64,000 nucleotides of DNA from Mytilus californianus (GCF_021869535.1 NW_026262745.1:18166001-18230000); one strand, 5' to 3'. Numbered from the stretch's first letter, positions 24,014 through 38,030 are shown. Numbers and translations: made by a program. Notes: generated by a model not told the origin, from the letters alone.

Positions 24014-27000
24014 TGTTTCAGGCATTTTTCGAAATTTAGGTGTTTTCTAAAATGACTGAATTGTTTTCTAAAATGCTTAGAGTTTACAGGCGTTTTATTA
24101 AATGTCTTAAAGTACCTAGTCATTATTTAAAATGCCTGAAAGTACCTAGTCATATTTAAAATGCCTGAAATTTTTAATGAAAATTCAACAAATTGCCTGT
24201 TCAGTTTCAGGCAAATTGTATAAATATGATAGACTTGAAATATATCTTGTAAAGCAATGAAATGTTGAATAAAGATTATTCTTTAAAAAATGTAGCTTGC
24301 GGGTAAATTTTTAGGTTTTTTATAGTTTTAATATCTATAACTAGAACTCCATATAGAAAAACTACTTTGATCTGTATTTCAGAGGGTCATTTAATAACCT
24401 TATCTTTACAATGACAGAAGGGCAAATTGTTCATACAACCGAACAAAGATTTAAAAACCAATCAATTGAAAATATTGATTCTTATCAGAAATGTGTGAAA
24501 TGGAACAGAGAAAAATATGAAACTAAATCAAGATTGGAATAAAAGAACATCCTTTGGATTATTGACATATGCAAAGGTAGGTTCATTTATGATGTTAAGC
24601 TATAATGTTGTTTTACAGTTTTCATAACAAACATTAGTAAATAAAAAAATAGAGGCTTCTAGGTGCCTGAATCGCTAAATATGCAAAATAAAAATCTGAT
24701 GCACTCAGGTCAAATAACTTAAAGGACACAATCACATACTAGAGGTTTCTCAACATCTTACGAACGAACGAAAATTGACCTAACTTGACGTAACTTGCCG
24801 TAACAAGAAAAGAGGGAGCATTCATTTATTCCATTATTTTGGACTATCGGCTGTGATCTTCTTCCCTTTGAAATGTCTTTTACATAAAAACAAATATATA
24901 CATTCTGGATTTTGTAAGACCATTTTGAGTCGTAGACAAATTATATTGACTTGATATATATAAAAGAGGGGCGAACGATACCAGAGGGACAATCAAACTC
25001 ATAGATTGAAAACAAACCGACAACGCAATGGCTAAAAAATAAAGAGACACACAGACAAATAATAATACTCAACACACAACATAGAAAACTTAAGACTAAG
25101 CAACAAGAACCCCACCAAAAACTGGGGGTGATCTCAGGTGCTCCGGAAGGGTAAGCAGATCCTGCTCCACATGTGGCACCCGTCGTGTTGCTTATATTAT
25201 TACAAATCCGGTAAATAGTCCAATTCGGTAGTAGGTCACATTCGTGAAAAGGGAAGGGTATTGTAGTTACGACATAAGGAACATATCCGATATCATCTGT
25301 GAAACGGTTATTCCATAACGGTCAACCAACTCGTGATTGCGTCCGTAAAATTTACGAAAGGATGATATATGATATCATATATAATATATGAAATACAATT
25401 TACGGTTTAATCAAAACAGTTGAAAATCTAATTGATCAATAAATTATGGCGAAGAATATAAAATATTTAGACCCAGGACAGCAATCGTACAAGAGATTTT
25501 GATAAACATGACAACATCATTTCGAATTTTTTAGTACAAAGCTGAAAAAGGGTAAATATAGAACTTTGGAATGGAAGGGGATAGAAATCTTTTTAAATCT
25601 TATCAAGGATGGAAGAAGGTCTTTCGCAAACATGAGATAACACTAATCTAGGCGTGAACGCCTCTAGTTTTTAATTTGAAAAAAAAACATCCTCGGGGTA
25701 ACTTCATTGTCCCAACTCTAAAATCCAAATGATCACTTCTTGAACTTAAATGATTATAACTGATTCATATTCTAGCTAAACTGATAAACTCAAGAAGATA
25801 ACTAAAGGGAAACATTGAAATAAATATTTGAAAAAAAACCAGTTAACACTTTAAAAAGATGTTCTGTAATGTATTTAGGTTTTTTTTTATTTGTTTTGTT
25901 TTCATGGCAGTTCTTATTCTCTTTGTGTATGTTTTATAATCGTACACATTTTAGTATACATATAATTATTATTTTTTTTTTCGTGGAGTTTTTATGGCAT
26001 ACATAAATAAGGCCGTTAGTTTTCTCGTTTAAATTGTTTTACATTGTCATGTCGGGGCCTTTTATAACTGACTATACGGTATGGGCTTTGCTCATTGTTG
26101 AAGTCCGTACGGTGACCTATAGTTGTTAATTTCTGTGTTATTTGGTCTCTTGTGGAGAGTTGTCTCATTGGCAATCATAACACATCTTCTTTTTTATATG
26201 TATATGTTTTCTTCGGTTTTTATTTTTCTCATTTTTTCTTTTTACTTTGTGAATGGAATTTAAAGAAAATGTACCTTTTAAAAACTATGTAACTATCAGT
26301 TTGTTGGTGCTGTAGCACTCATACTTTCAACAAGAATACACAAAACTCTATAACTTTACGATTGATCGAGAGCACCTCTATATTTCTGTAACTTATTTCC
26401 AAAAATAATTTAACAGCAAGTCGGACCAATTGGATCTAGCGCACATTGAGACTTTCCTGTTGGGTGCATTATTCAAGGAGGCAGAATTTACCCAAACTGA
26501 CCCTACTTTATTCGTTCCATATTTATATAGGTGTGGATATAATAAATGAAAAATACTAAACTTGTGTAATCTCAATCACTTTTCAATTCCTGTTACAAAC
26601 GCTAATCTCGTCGTGAAAAGCATGGAATACTTGCCACAGAACGTTAAACATCCAACAATCAATCAAATGAAATGCAAACCAGACGCGCCGATTGTTTTTC
26701 ACAACATTACAAACTGACAATGTTCTTTTTTAATGGATAAGGGAGATAAATCGAACGCATATATAATTTCGACATGTAAACAACGAAACTCAACGTAAGA
26801 ATACGTAACATTCAACAACAGAAAATAAATTGGAACACCGATGTTCAACCACAAAAATAAAATGCAAGGTTGCAAAAAGACTATGCAAGTGTTAACTGTT
26901 GTCTTTAAACACACTGCAATATCGGTAGACACCTATCGTGGATTTTATTATAACAAAATTACTGCTCCTTAACGATACGTTCGTAGAGTTTCGTCCGTTC

Positions 27001-27657
27001 GTAAGATGTTGAGAAACCTCTATAATGAGTTAGTTGACGACCTCTGTAAGATCTTGTATATAATAGCGAATCTCTAATTATTATGTCCCCGCAAAGACCG
27101 TTCTGAATATGCATGAAATATTTGCCACTGGACGTTTAGCATGCAACAATCAATCGACGATGCATTGAGACTTATTGTTTTTGCTCCGGTTTTTTACTTC
27201 TGACTATTATTTTTAAGTCCCCTAATCGTGAAAAATGTGGACAAATGTGTAACAGTCACTAACATCTAAACATTGCATGTAGTAACAAATAATTGTCAAC
27301 TTCAGTGCTTGTGTTAACTGTAAGTAATTCAATTAAGTAACTTTAACTATCAAAAATTGCATGCTATTCAATAATAAAATAAACTGGTCTGTTTGATATT
27401 CCAGTCGTTCTATTTTTGTGTACATTTCATTCTGTTTTATTGATATTCCAGTCGTTCTATTTTTGTGTACATTTCATTCTGTTTTATACTTTCAGGCATT
27501 TTGTAAAATGCCAAGTACAATTTCTTCGGTTATTTTATAGATTGCCTGAAAAAAATAGTCAATTTATAAAATGCCTGAATCGCACAGGCATTTTAGAAAA
27601 TGCCTTAAAATTTCAGTCATTTTACAAAATGCTTAAATTTAGAAAATGCCTGTAACA
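24014..27657. mobile_element. Ginger-like DNA transposon derivative (TGT...ACA, TSD TATA)
   Basis: Left TGTTTCAGGCATTTT, right reverse complement TGTTACAGGCATTTT. TATA on both flanks (24010-13, 27658-61). Subterminal caggcatttt repeats. No integrase ORF visible; nested repeats inside. Confidence 0.75.
24964..25360 (-). repeat. Penelope-like family B 3' fragment (ORF end RKFYGRNHELVDRYGITVSQ + 3' UTR)
   Basis: Minus-strand translation of 25290-25360, contiguous with the family B 3' UTR. Confidence 0.75.
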
Positions 27658-27978
27658 TATACATGTAATATCGGTCAAAGTGAAATGTAATTTGATTCGT
27701 ATAATCTGCATTTAGTTTATGAAGTTCTCATCTATTATTCATATCTAATATAAATAATTTGTTTGTCATTTAGTAGCCGTTGAAATCGTGATTTAATTGT
27801 AATAACGTGTGAAATGTCTAATAGTTTATGTTGTATATATGAACCACAAACTTGTGCTTAATGTATTGTATATTTAATGGAATATCGTGAAAACATAAAA
27901 TACATGTTTGCTTAGAATTCATACTTAGTAACTAAGAAGAATATTTTTTTTTTTCTGATTAGAAAACAGAAAACTGAG

Positions 27979-29097
27979 ATGCGATACAAAAGAGAATCGC
28001 CGTACAAATTTACAGAATATATTTTTATGACTCCGGTACCAGAATATCTGAATGACATTGTTGGACCGATTATTTCTTACACAGCTATCTTATTTAACAT
28101 TGTCGTCATTATCATTCTTTTTAACAAAACTTTGAGAACACCGTCTTCAGTTTTAATGCAAGGACTTGCGTTGTCTGATGCTCTTACAGCACTGTTCTCC
28201 TATGGATTAGAGCCATTTTTGTTAAATAGCTACATCAGAAATGAACATGATGAACAAATGGGAACAACAGTTATTTATTTTCCAATATGCAAGTTACATC
28301 ATTATAAACTACTAATGGTCGATCTATTTCATTTATCATCCGTTTTGTTGACAACAGCTTTAGGAATTCAAAAGTTCGTAGCAATAAAATGGCCAATTTG
28401 GAGCTACATCAAAGTAAAAAGGAAAGAAATTTTAGCAGTAGTTGTTGTGATCTTTACTGTTTCTGTCGGATTGCATATTCCTAAATTTCTTGTAGCAGAT
28501 TTCAGAAGGGGAGAGTTCGACACAAACGAATGTGAAATATCAGCTAAGTCAGAATCACTTTTGAATTACAGTTTTATATATTACTCTTCCCTGACCGCAA
28601 TATTTTTGCTTTTAGCATCGGTTATTATGCTTATCACGTCTATATTTATTATATGGTCTCTTATACGCGAAAGAAATATTCAAAGCACTAGTAGTGAAAA
28701 TTTACAGAACATTAGAAGGAGATCATCTAAGTTAATTGCTGTTGTAACTGTGACATTTCTCGTAATTGAGTTTCCTAGAATTTGCATGTTTGGAATAATG
28801 CAGCTTTTTTCTGAGAAGGATTCTCATAGCAGTCAACTCCTTGCTGATCCAGCCACACAATTTATGATTTCAGCCTATGTAGTTTTTAAAATCGAGGATC
28901 ATGATATAGACGTATTGAAAAAGATGAAGCTGTTTATTGATATAACAAGACTGTTGATAGTAATTGCCTGCTTATCAAACTTTATAATATATGTTATAAT
29001 GAGTAAACAGATACGTTGTGTTCTAAAAAGCAAGCTTGGAGTCTGTAAAAATAGACACACAATCTCTGAGCCAGCAGTTTTTTGTAGTAGTATATAA
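27979..29097 (+). CDS. Intronless class A peptide GPCR (FMRFamide / sex-peptide-receptor-like), 372 aa
   Basis: N...N.LRTPSSVLMQGLALSD (TM1-2), C in ECL1/TM3, LTTALGIQKFVAI.WP (DRY-equivalent QKF), FLVIEFP (TM6), CLSNFIIYVIMSKQIR (TM7/H8). Polypyrimidine + AG just upstream of the ATG. Confidence 0.9.
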   Translation: MRYKRESPYKFTEYIFMTPVPEYLNDIVGPIISYTAILFNIVVIIILFNKTLRTPSSVLMQGLALSDALTALFSYGLEPFLLNSYIRNEHDEQMGTTVIYFPICKLHHYKLLMVDLFHLSSVLLTTALGIQKFVAIKWPIWSYIKVKRKEILAVVVVIFTVSVGLHIPKFLVADFRRGEFDTNECEISAKSESLLNYSFIYYSSLTAIFLLLASVIMLITSIFIIWSLIRERNIQSTSSENLQNIRRRSSKLIAVVTVTFLVIEFPRICMFGIMQLFSEKDSHSSQLLADPATQFMISAYVVFKIEDHDIDVLKKMKLFIDITRLLIVIACLSNFIIYVIMSKQIRCVLKSKLGVCKNRHTISEPAVFCSSI

Positions 29098-29891
29098 GAT
29101 CATAAGTTTTTTATAATTGTATTGTCACGTGATTTGTATCTTTTCTTTTTTCGTTTAAGAAATAACGTATTGCACAGGGTTAATCTACTTTAGTCCTGTG
29201 ATAATTCGAAGATTTATGGAAAATGTTTACGTGTTTTGCACCAAATTCCTTTGAATTGGACAACGATTTGTTTTGGTTGTCACACGTTCGATACTTACAG
29301 CGTAACAACAATTGTAAAAATATAATAACATCAACGGTACATGTTGTACCAATTTTACTATGAAGAACGCAAAATGTTTAACAGTGTGTCAGTAACTTAC
29401 TACTCTCTATTGGAACTTCAGTACATTCACTATGGATGGTGAATATATGTTAATGCTGCTTCTTCAAATACTGTTTTGTTTTTCTTTTTTATTCAGTCAG
29501 TGTTAATAATGTTAATCTGTTTACATCTTTTCAAAGTTGATATATATAAAGTATAAATAGATGAGGTATCGATTAAGAAGTTCATAAACTCTGTAAAAAC
29601 CAACGCAAGCTGCTAATGTCTTCACCAGGAATAGGCCATATTTTATTATTTCACAATATCATGTATTTAAAAATTGTTATATTTCCATGATAACATTAGC
29701 GATGGTTGTGAGTGATCTTTAATGCAAACGATGCGCCTTTTTTTAACATACGGCTCATTACTTAGGACACTATTCAAAACTGTATGAACCATTAATAACG
29801 TATAAAATTTATTGACAGATTATGGGTATATACTCATATCGTTGAAACGTTTAGTGTGAAAAATTGGACAATTAAAATATCAGTACGTTAG

Positions 29892-31972
29892 AACGTTGTG
29901 CACGATGTTCCTACAACACGACGTTACACCAAAAATGGGACGTCAAAGAGTGTTTTCTGAAATTTTGACGTCGATTAATTAAATTTGTTAGTTTCATTCG
30001 TTTTTTTTTTATATGTTATGTGTTGATTCTGTCTCTGTTATTTTTGTGATGTATTTTTACCATGAATTACCTCAAGTTGTAGAAATCGATTAACAATGTT
30101 TATCCTTAATTCCCCTTAAAATGCTGTATTGTAGTAAATAATGTAGGAAGGCAAAATGGGACGGAATTATTAAATATACAGTTTTCCATAAATAAATTAA
30201 AACATAATTTTAGAAGCACAAAACTTTAATCACAGGCTGCTAAAATTTTATGGTGCATATCATATGTCATTGTAAATTTTCCATATCTTGATTCAACCCC
30301 AATACAAATATATCCGACACTCTGCAAGTAAATCATTTTTTTTTACCCTTGATTAATTTGAAATGAATTGTTCTTTTCTTGACACATAATTTGTCGAAAT
30401 ACAGCCCTTCAATTATTTGAACCCAAGCTTCAAAATTATTTCCCCAGTCATCTATAGATTCTTGCTTAAGTTTTCTAACGTCTGATGTACTTTTTAAATT
30501 TTAGAAATCTTCTCCTGGATCGTCCGTAAAAACGGCTAATACAATCCCGGGTTGTATTATTTCAATGAAACTGTTTTCGTCGATGTTTGCAATTAGTCTT
30601 TCAGTTACCTCCGTTTAATGAACAAGTTTATTTTGACGAATATGTCCGGATTCGCTAACACATGAATTAGTTTCAGTACGACAGTAATAACATGAGTAGC
30701 AGGACAAGTCGCGAACTAAAACTTTTCGAGTACTTGTACTTTTAATTTGGTGAATTTACCTTACTGAAGGGGCGACTTTAAAAGATCTATATCTATTTCA
30801 GGGTACTTCCGCAACATAACGAAAAATTTACCTTTAACATATAGAGGACTGTCTTGGTGTCTCCAAATTGTCTTTGCAAAAGTTCTACATATCATTCGCA
30901 TTCTGAATCAAACATTTGCCTCTAGCAACAATAAATCACTAAAAGCTAAAAATGGTTATAAAATATCAAAATTTAATCTGTGTCGAATCTATGTTCCGAG
31001 TTTGTCAATATGCACTATTCTTTTTTCGACAGCCTTCAATATCTTTTTCCAAATTTCACCACACGATTTGTTTTTATTATCAGGAACATTTAATTGACAC
31101 AAATTTAGCACATGCAACGTCGGAAAGAAGCGTTTTTCGGATTTTTCGATGTTTTCACCCGTTTGGACAAAATGACTACCGTTTTGTAATGTTTCGTAGC
31201 ATTTTCTTCTTTCAAACCCAAGCATGTAGTTAATAAAAAAACAAATCTAGGCATTGTGTACTCTTCGTGTATCTAACTTTTGTTTTTATAAATTATAAAT
31301 AACTTATTGAAATATCAGGTAAAAAACCCGCATTAATTGCTTTGACAAATGAAATATCAACTTGGACAAAATGACTACCGCTTGAAAAACGACTGTAAAG
31401 AGAAGATTTTATAGAATCTACAATATTTGTACTCACGAACAATGAGGCAAATATTTGTACTATTGGTAGATGTTATTATTATCTTACCATTTTTAGACAT
31501 TTTCTGCTATATCTACTTATAAAATACACTTTCAGTCGTTGAGTCAACGAAAAACGTCGTTGGACATTTTTCTTATTCCAGCTTAATATGCAGCCGCCGA
31601 GTCAAATGAAATTTGACAAAATAATGACTTAATTGTCACAAAGAACCGACACATGTCGTTGTTCTCGCCAAGTTTCAGGAAGATCAGAGAATAAGAAATA
31701 GGATCACTATACATAAGAGTTAAAACAGTTGTTCAAAAAATGTAACGTTGGACATCCGTTTTTTCACATATAGCTTTGTTGTTTTAATCCTCAAATATAC
31801 TAGATATTACTAAGCATATGACCAAGAGCTAAAAGAACATTATTGAAAACATATACTGAACTTGTTTTTATAGTGGTTAGTGTTTGCTAACATTTTTTGT
31901 TTGTTTTGCGGAGGAAATGTCGAAGATTCTTTTTAAAATCCTATGGCTTGTAGGAACAGCGTGCGTAACGTT
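29892..31972. mobile_element. ~2.08-kb TIR DNA element inserted in tandem unit 1, with decayed coding remnant on the minus strand
   Basis: TIRs aacgttgtgcacgatgttcctacaa / ttgtaggaacagcgtgcgtaacgtt (22/25). Empty site in the other units is cagtacsttaa. Minus-strand remnant GIVLAVFTDDPGEDF...DDWGN...IEGLYFDKL near 30400-30560. Confidence 0.7.
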
Positions 31973-32779
31973 TAAGTTAGATAAGTTCCATTTATGTTCA
32001 AGTATTGTTGAAAATATGTATCAGATCGTCAACGAGAGAGCAACCCTACGACATAAATTGAAATGCACTTTGACTGCAAATTGAGTTATCAATTCTTCAC
32101 AATTCTTGATTTATGATAGTAGGTCATGATTATATGAAGAAAATACGTATATTTATCGAACAATCTTTATTATCTATCTAAACAACCATGATTTAAACTA
32201 AATCAATATTAACATATCACAAAGAATGGTCAAAGATACCCGAGGGACATTCAAACTCATAAGTCGAAAATAAGCTGACAACGCCCATGGCAAAAGAAGA
32301 ACAATACCAAAAGACAAACAACTATACGCAAAACACAACATAAATAATTACATCACTAAAGACTAAGCAACACGAACCCCACCAAAAACCCAGGTTGATC
32401 TCAGGTGCCCCGGAAGGATAGGCAGATCTTGCTCTACATGTGGCATCCGTCGTGTTGCTAATGTAAGTACAAACCTGTCGATACGTCTAATTTGGTAATT
32501 CGGGAAAAAGGAGACGTGATTGTGGTTACGACAATTGGAACATATCCGTCGTCATCTATGAAACAGATATTCCATAACGGTCAACCAACTCGTAATGGCG
32601 TCCATAAAATATTGCTAACTAGAACTCCTGGTTTAATATATTCTTTTGTGAGAAGCAACCCTCTATCAAGTCAATAATTGGTAGATGCGTTCAACGTAGT
32701 CACCAAATTTGAATTATTTAGTGAAGAAGTTCATAAAGTCTGTAAAAACCAACGCAAGCTGCCAATGTCTTCACCAGGA

Positions 32780-35722
32780 CTCTGATTTATTTTCAATCCA
32801 TAATAATAAATTATATGATACAATGAATCTTTTTAATTTAGAAAATGTAATAAATAAACCGACAAGGGTGACTGGACACAGTAGCACATTACTCGACCCG
32901 ATAATAATCAGCGACACAATTAAATATTCTGTTGCCGACGTACTTAAATTACCGTCTGAAATAAGTGATCACGATGCTTCTTTAATATTTTAGAATGTCC
33001 GAGATTTGCATCCAAATCATTCAAAAGAGAAATTTGGTTGTACGATAAAGCAGATTTAAAAAAAATTTCTTCCGGACTTGATTCTGTCAGTTGGGATGCA
33101 CTTTTTTCTGATGTTGAGGATGTCGACGAGATCTGCAATACATTTAATCAAAAAATCCTTGACATCGCAAGGCAGAGCATCCCAACTCGACATGTTTATA
33201 TACGAAACAATGACAGACCATGGTTTGACAACGAGTTAAGGAAAAAAATCCGCAGAAGAGACCGATTTCGTAAAAAAGCCTTAAAAACTAAAAAGATTCT
33301 GACATTAATAAATACAAAAAGCAGAGGAATAAAGTAAATAATTTGAAAAAAGCTGCAAAAGAAAAATTTGAAAGAAGCTTGGATAATATCATCTTAAATA
33401 ACGTGGCTAACCCCAAAACTTATTGGAAGATAATGAAAATGCTTATTAAATCCAATAAGGGTTCTGGTGATTTACCACCACTTAATAATATTATTCACGA
33501 TGAAAGTATGGAAGATGTAGTGTACGGAGACGACGAGAAATGTCTCTTCCCTAGAGGAGGAAGGTGTTCCCATCCCTGAAGTTGAACCAAGAACCAATAT
33601 TATTTTAAATGATTTAGTAATTGAAAAGTATGAAATAGTTGATATAATTAAAATTTTAGATCCTAATAAGGCATCTGGTCCAGATGTCATAAGTCATAAA
33701 ATGCTGAAAATGTGTCCTGAAAAAATAGCAATTCCTTTAAAAATAATATTTAATAAATCCCTACAACAATGTAAATATCCCACCAGCTGGAAGACTGCAA
33801 ATGTAATTGCTTTTTTTAAAAAGGGAGATAGTTCGCTACCATCTAACTATAGGCCCATATCGCTTATAAGTTGTGTAGGGAAAATAATGGAGCGAGTTGT
33901 TTATAAACATGTCTTCAATCACCTACATAGAAATAAGTTAATATATGAATACAAGTCTGGTTTTCTTCCAAAATGTTCAACAGTTCACCAGCTTTTAGAA
34001 ATTTACAACTGTATTTTAAATTCACTAGAAAATAAAGAAATTAGCTGTTTCGTTTTCTGTGACTTTTCTAAAGCTTTTGATAAAGTTTGGCATCAAGGAT
34101 TGCTATATAAAATGAAGTCATACGGTGTGGACGGGAAATTATTGAATTGGTTTAAAAGTTACCTGAACAACAGACAACAGCGAGTTGTTATTAAACAATC
34201 GTCGTCAGAGCTTTGCAGTATTTCAGCTGGTGTCCCACAGGGTTCTGCTTTGGGACCGCTCTTATTCATTATTTATATTAATGATATTGCTGAAAATTTG
34301 ATATCTTTATGTAGATTATTTGCAGATGACACATCTCTCAGCTACTCTAGTCGTGACACGTCACAAATAAAATCAGTGATCAGTCACGACCTGAGTTAGC
34401 TGAGCGATTGGTCTAAGAAATGGCTGATGTCCTTTAATCCAGAAAAAACAGAAATTATGTTGTTTTCATACATTGAAACTCCGGAAATGAATTTCATATT
34501 CAATGGTAAGAATATTAAAGTTACAGATTTTCATAAACACTTGGGTGTTACATTTAGTAGAGATACTAAATGGAACACTCATGTGGAAAGTATCATAAAA
34601 AATGTATCGAAACATTTGAATGTACTTAGAAAACTAAAGTACAGATTAAGTAGAAACAACTTAGAAAAGCTATACTTGACTTTTATAAGACCGTTACTCG
34701 AATACGCCTGTGAAGTTTGGGATAATATGGGTGTGGGTTATTGTAACAAATTAGAGCAGCTGCAGCTTGAGGCAGACAGAATGTAACAGGTCTTCCTATT
34801 TTTACTACTAGTAGAATTATTTATGATGAGATTGGTTGGGAAACTCTAGCTAAACGAAGAGAAAGGAGAAAGTTACAATTATTTTATAATATTCAACATA
34901 ATAATGCACCAGCCTATCTTTGCAATTTAATTCCACCAACAATCCAAAGTACAGCTATTTACCCCTTACGTAATGGGAATGATATAATATACCCTTTTTG
35001 TAGACTTTCATTGACCCAAGAATCCTTCATACCTTCAACTATACGACTGTGGAATAACCTTAATGTGCTGACCCGCAACATTGACTCTTTGGGTAAATTT
35101 AAAACTGAATTAAAAAATCTTAAACTGAATTCAAAAGCCCAAGTACCCAAACATTATAAATTTGGCAATCGTAAACTCAACATCATTTTGACTCAACTTA
35201 GATGCTCAGCCTCGTTTTTGAATTATGATCTTAACAGAGTTAATATAATTTCAGATCCGTCTTGTAGCTGTGGTGCTAAGCGTGAAGATTCATTTCACTT
35301 CTTTTTTGAATGTCCTAATTATACGAATATAAGAATCAAACTATCTAATAATCTGAACTGGTTACCAGAGAACTCTCTATTAAATTTGAACATCTTAATC
35401 ATCTCCGGTGATTCGTCATTAACTAATGATGAAAATGAAAGAATTTTAAAGAATGTATATGAATTTATTAAAGAGTCAAAGAGGTTTCTAATTGTGTAAT
35501 ACAGCACATTAAAGTGCATATACATGTATATTGTGTACAACCATTCACATCATCACACATCATCTTTTACATATCCAATATATACAATGTATTGTTTGCA
35601 TGCATGCTTTGTAAAAAATTCTATTGTTATAAATTGTTCATGGGAGAAGACTTCATAAGTTTGATTAACTTGTGTCTCATCCCTTTTGCATATTTAAGCA
35701 AATAAAATATGTTTAAACTAAA
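32780..35722 (+). mobile_element. 5'-truncated CR1-clade LINE (APE C-terminus + RT), disabled by stops and frameshifts
   Basis: PTR...LLDPII...SDH (end of APE), NYRPISLISCVGK, FCDFSKAFDKV, GVPQGS.LGPLLF, FADD, HLGV, C-terminal CSCG...HFFFEC. Tail aataaaatatgtttaaactaaa. 11-bp TSD cttcaccagga at 32769-79 and 35723-33. Confidence 0.93.
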
Positions 35723-37314
35723 CTTCACCAGGAGTAGGCCATATTTTATTTCATAATATCATGTATTTGAAGCTTGTGATATTTCCATGATAACATTAGC
35801 GATGGTTGTGAGTGATCTTTAATGCAAACGATGCGCCTTTTTTTTAACATACGGCTCATAATAATAAGGACACTATTCAAAACTGTATGAACCATTAATA
35901 ATGTATAAAATTTATTGACAGATTATGGGTATATTCTCATATCGTTGAAACGTTTAGTAGGTGTGAAAATTTGGACAATTAAATAACAGTACGTTAAGCA
36001 AGATAAGTTCCATTTATGTTCAAGTATTGTAGAAAATATGTATCAGATCGTCAACGAGAGAGCAACCCTACAACATAAATTGAAATGCACTTTGAGTGCA
36101 AATTGAGTTATCAATTCTTCACACTTCTTGATTTATGATAGTAGGTCATGATTATATGAAGAAAATACGTATGTTTATCGAACAATGTTTACTATCTATC
36201 TAAACAACCATGATTTAAACTAAATCAATATTAACATATCACAAAGAATGGTCAAAGATACCCGAGGGACATTCAAACTCACAAGTCGAAAATAAGCTGA
36301 CAACGCCGTGGCAAAAGAAGAACAATACCAAAAGACAAACAACTATACGCAAAACACAACATAGATCATTATATAACTAAAGACTAAGCAACATGAACCC
36401 CACCAAAAACCCAGTTTGATCTCAGGTGCCCCGGAAGGATAGGCAGATCCTGCTCTACATGTGGCATCCGTCGTGTTGCTAATGTAAGTACAAACCTGTC
36501 GATACGTCTAATTTGGTAGGTCACATTCGGGAAAAAGGAGACGTGATTGTGGTTACGACAATTGGAACATATCCGTCGTCATCTATGAAACATATATTCC
36601 ATAACGGTCAACCAACTCGTAATGGCGTCCATAAAATATTGCTAGCTAGAACTCCTGGTTTAATATATTCTTTTGTGAGCAGCAACCCTCTATCAAGGCA
36701 ATAATTGGTAGATGCGTTCAACCGAGTCACCAAATTTGAATTATTTAGTGAAGAATTTCATAAACTCGATAAAAACCAACGCAAGCTGCCAATGTCTTCA
36801 CCAGGATAGGCCATTTTTATTTCAGAATATCATATATTTGAAGCTTGTTATATTTCCATGATAACATTAGCGATGGTTGTGAGTGATCTTTAATGCAAAC
36901 GATGCGCCTTTTTTTAACATACGGCTCATTATTCAGGACACTATTCAAAATTTTATGAACCTTTAATAACGTATAAAATTTATTGACAGATTATGGGTAT
37001 ATTCTCATATCGTTGAAACGTTTAGTAGGTGTGATAATTTGGACAATTAAAATATCAGTACCTTAAATTAGATAAGTTCCATTTATGTTCAAGTATTGTA
37101 GAAAATATGTATAAGATCGTCAAAGAAGAGAACAACCCTACGACATAAATTGAAATGCACTTTGAGTGCAAATTGAGTTATCATTCTTCACACTACTTGA
37201 TTTATGATAGTAGGTCATGATTTTATGAAGAAAATACGTATGTTTATCGAACAATCTTTACTATCTATTTAAACAACCATGATTTAAACTAAATCAATAT
37301 TAACATATCACAAA

Positions 37315-38030
37315 GAATGGTCAAAGATACCCGAGGGACATTCAAACTCACAAGTCGAAAATAAGCTGACAACGCCGTGGCAAAAGACAAACAACTATAC
37401 GCAAAACACAACATAGATAATTATATAACTAATTATATAAAGACTAAGCAACACGAACCCCACCAAAAAACCAGGTTGATCGCAGGTGCCCCGGAAGGGT
37501 AGGCAGATCCTGCTCTACATGTGGCATCCGTCGTGTTGCTAATGTAAGTACAAACCTGTCGATACGTCTAATTTGTTAGGTCACATTCGGAAAAAAAAGA
37601 GACGTGATTGTGGTTACGACAATTGGAACATATCCGTCGTCATCTATGAAACAGATATTCCATAACGGTCAACCAACTCGTGATGGCGTCTATAAAATAT
37701 TCCTAGCTGGAACTCCTGGTTTAATATATTCTTTTGTGAGCAGCAACCCTATATCAAGGCAATAATTGGTAGATGCGTTCAACATTGTCACCAAGTTTGA
37801 ATTATTTAGTGAGAGAACATCATCTTTATAGCGGAAAGTGAAATTAAAGGATACTGCTAACTTCTCTTCCTTCTTCCTAAGAAGTTCCATTATGAAGTCA
37901 GCCACATACGAATAAAGGAACAAGTCGGTAAGAAAAAGAGCACAGTTCATTCTTGTGGGAATGATAATTGTTTGTTGATAAACACGTCCTCCAAACGTTA
38001 TATACATGAATAAACGTAAACGTTAATATA
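37315..38030 (-). mobile_element. Penelope-like family B RT fragment + 3' UTR
   Basis: FGGRVYQQ..IP...NCA..L.DLFLYSY...FRYKDDVLSLNN, the PLE RT motif block with YxDD. Confidence 0.8.

Larger units (their letters stand above)
29576..37812. repeat. Triplicated ~1.07-kb tandem unit (unique segment + Penelope family B 3' fragment), interrupted by two later insertions
   Basis: Units start agaagttcata/agaatttcata at 29576, 32725 and 36752. Net lengths are ~1065, 1073 and 1061 after removing the insertions. Confidence 0.85.

Noticed and set aside
32709-32779. 5' part of track ORF 32709-32993 as LINE coding sequence
   Set aside because: It lies upstream of the TSD and belongs to the host tandem unit; the ORF is chimeric.
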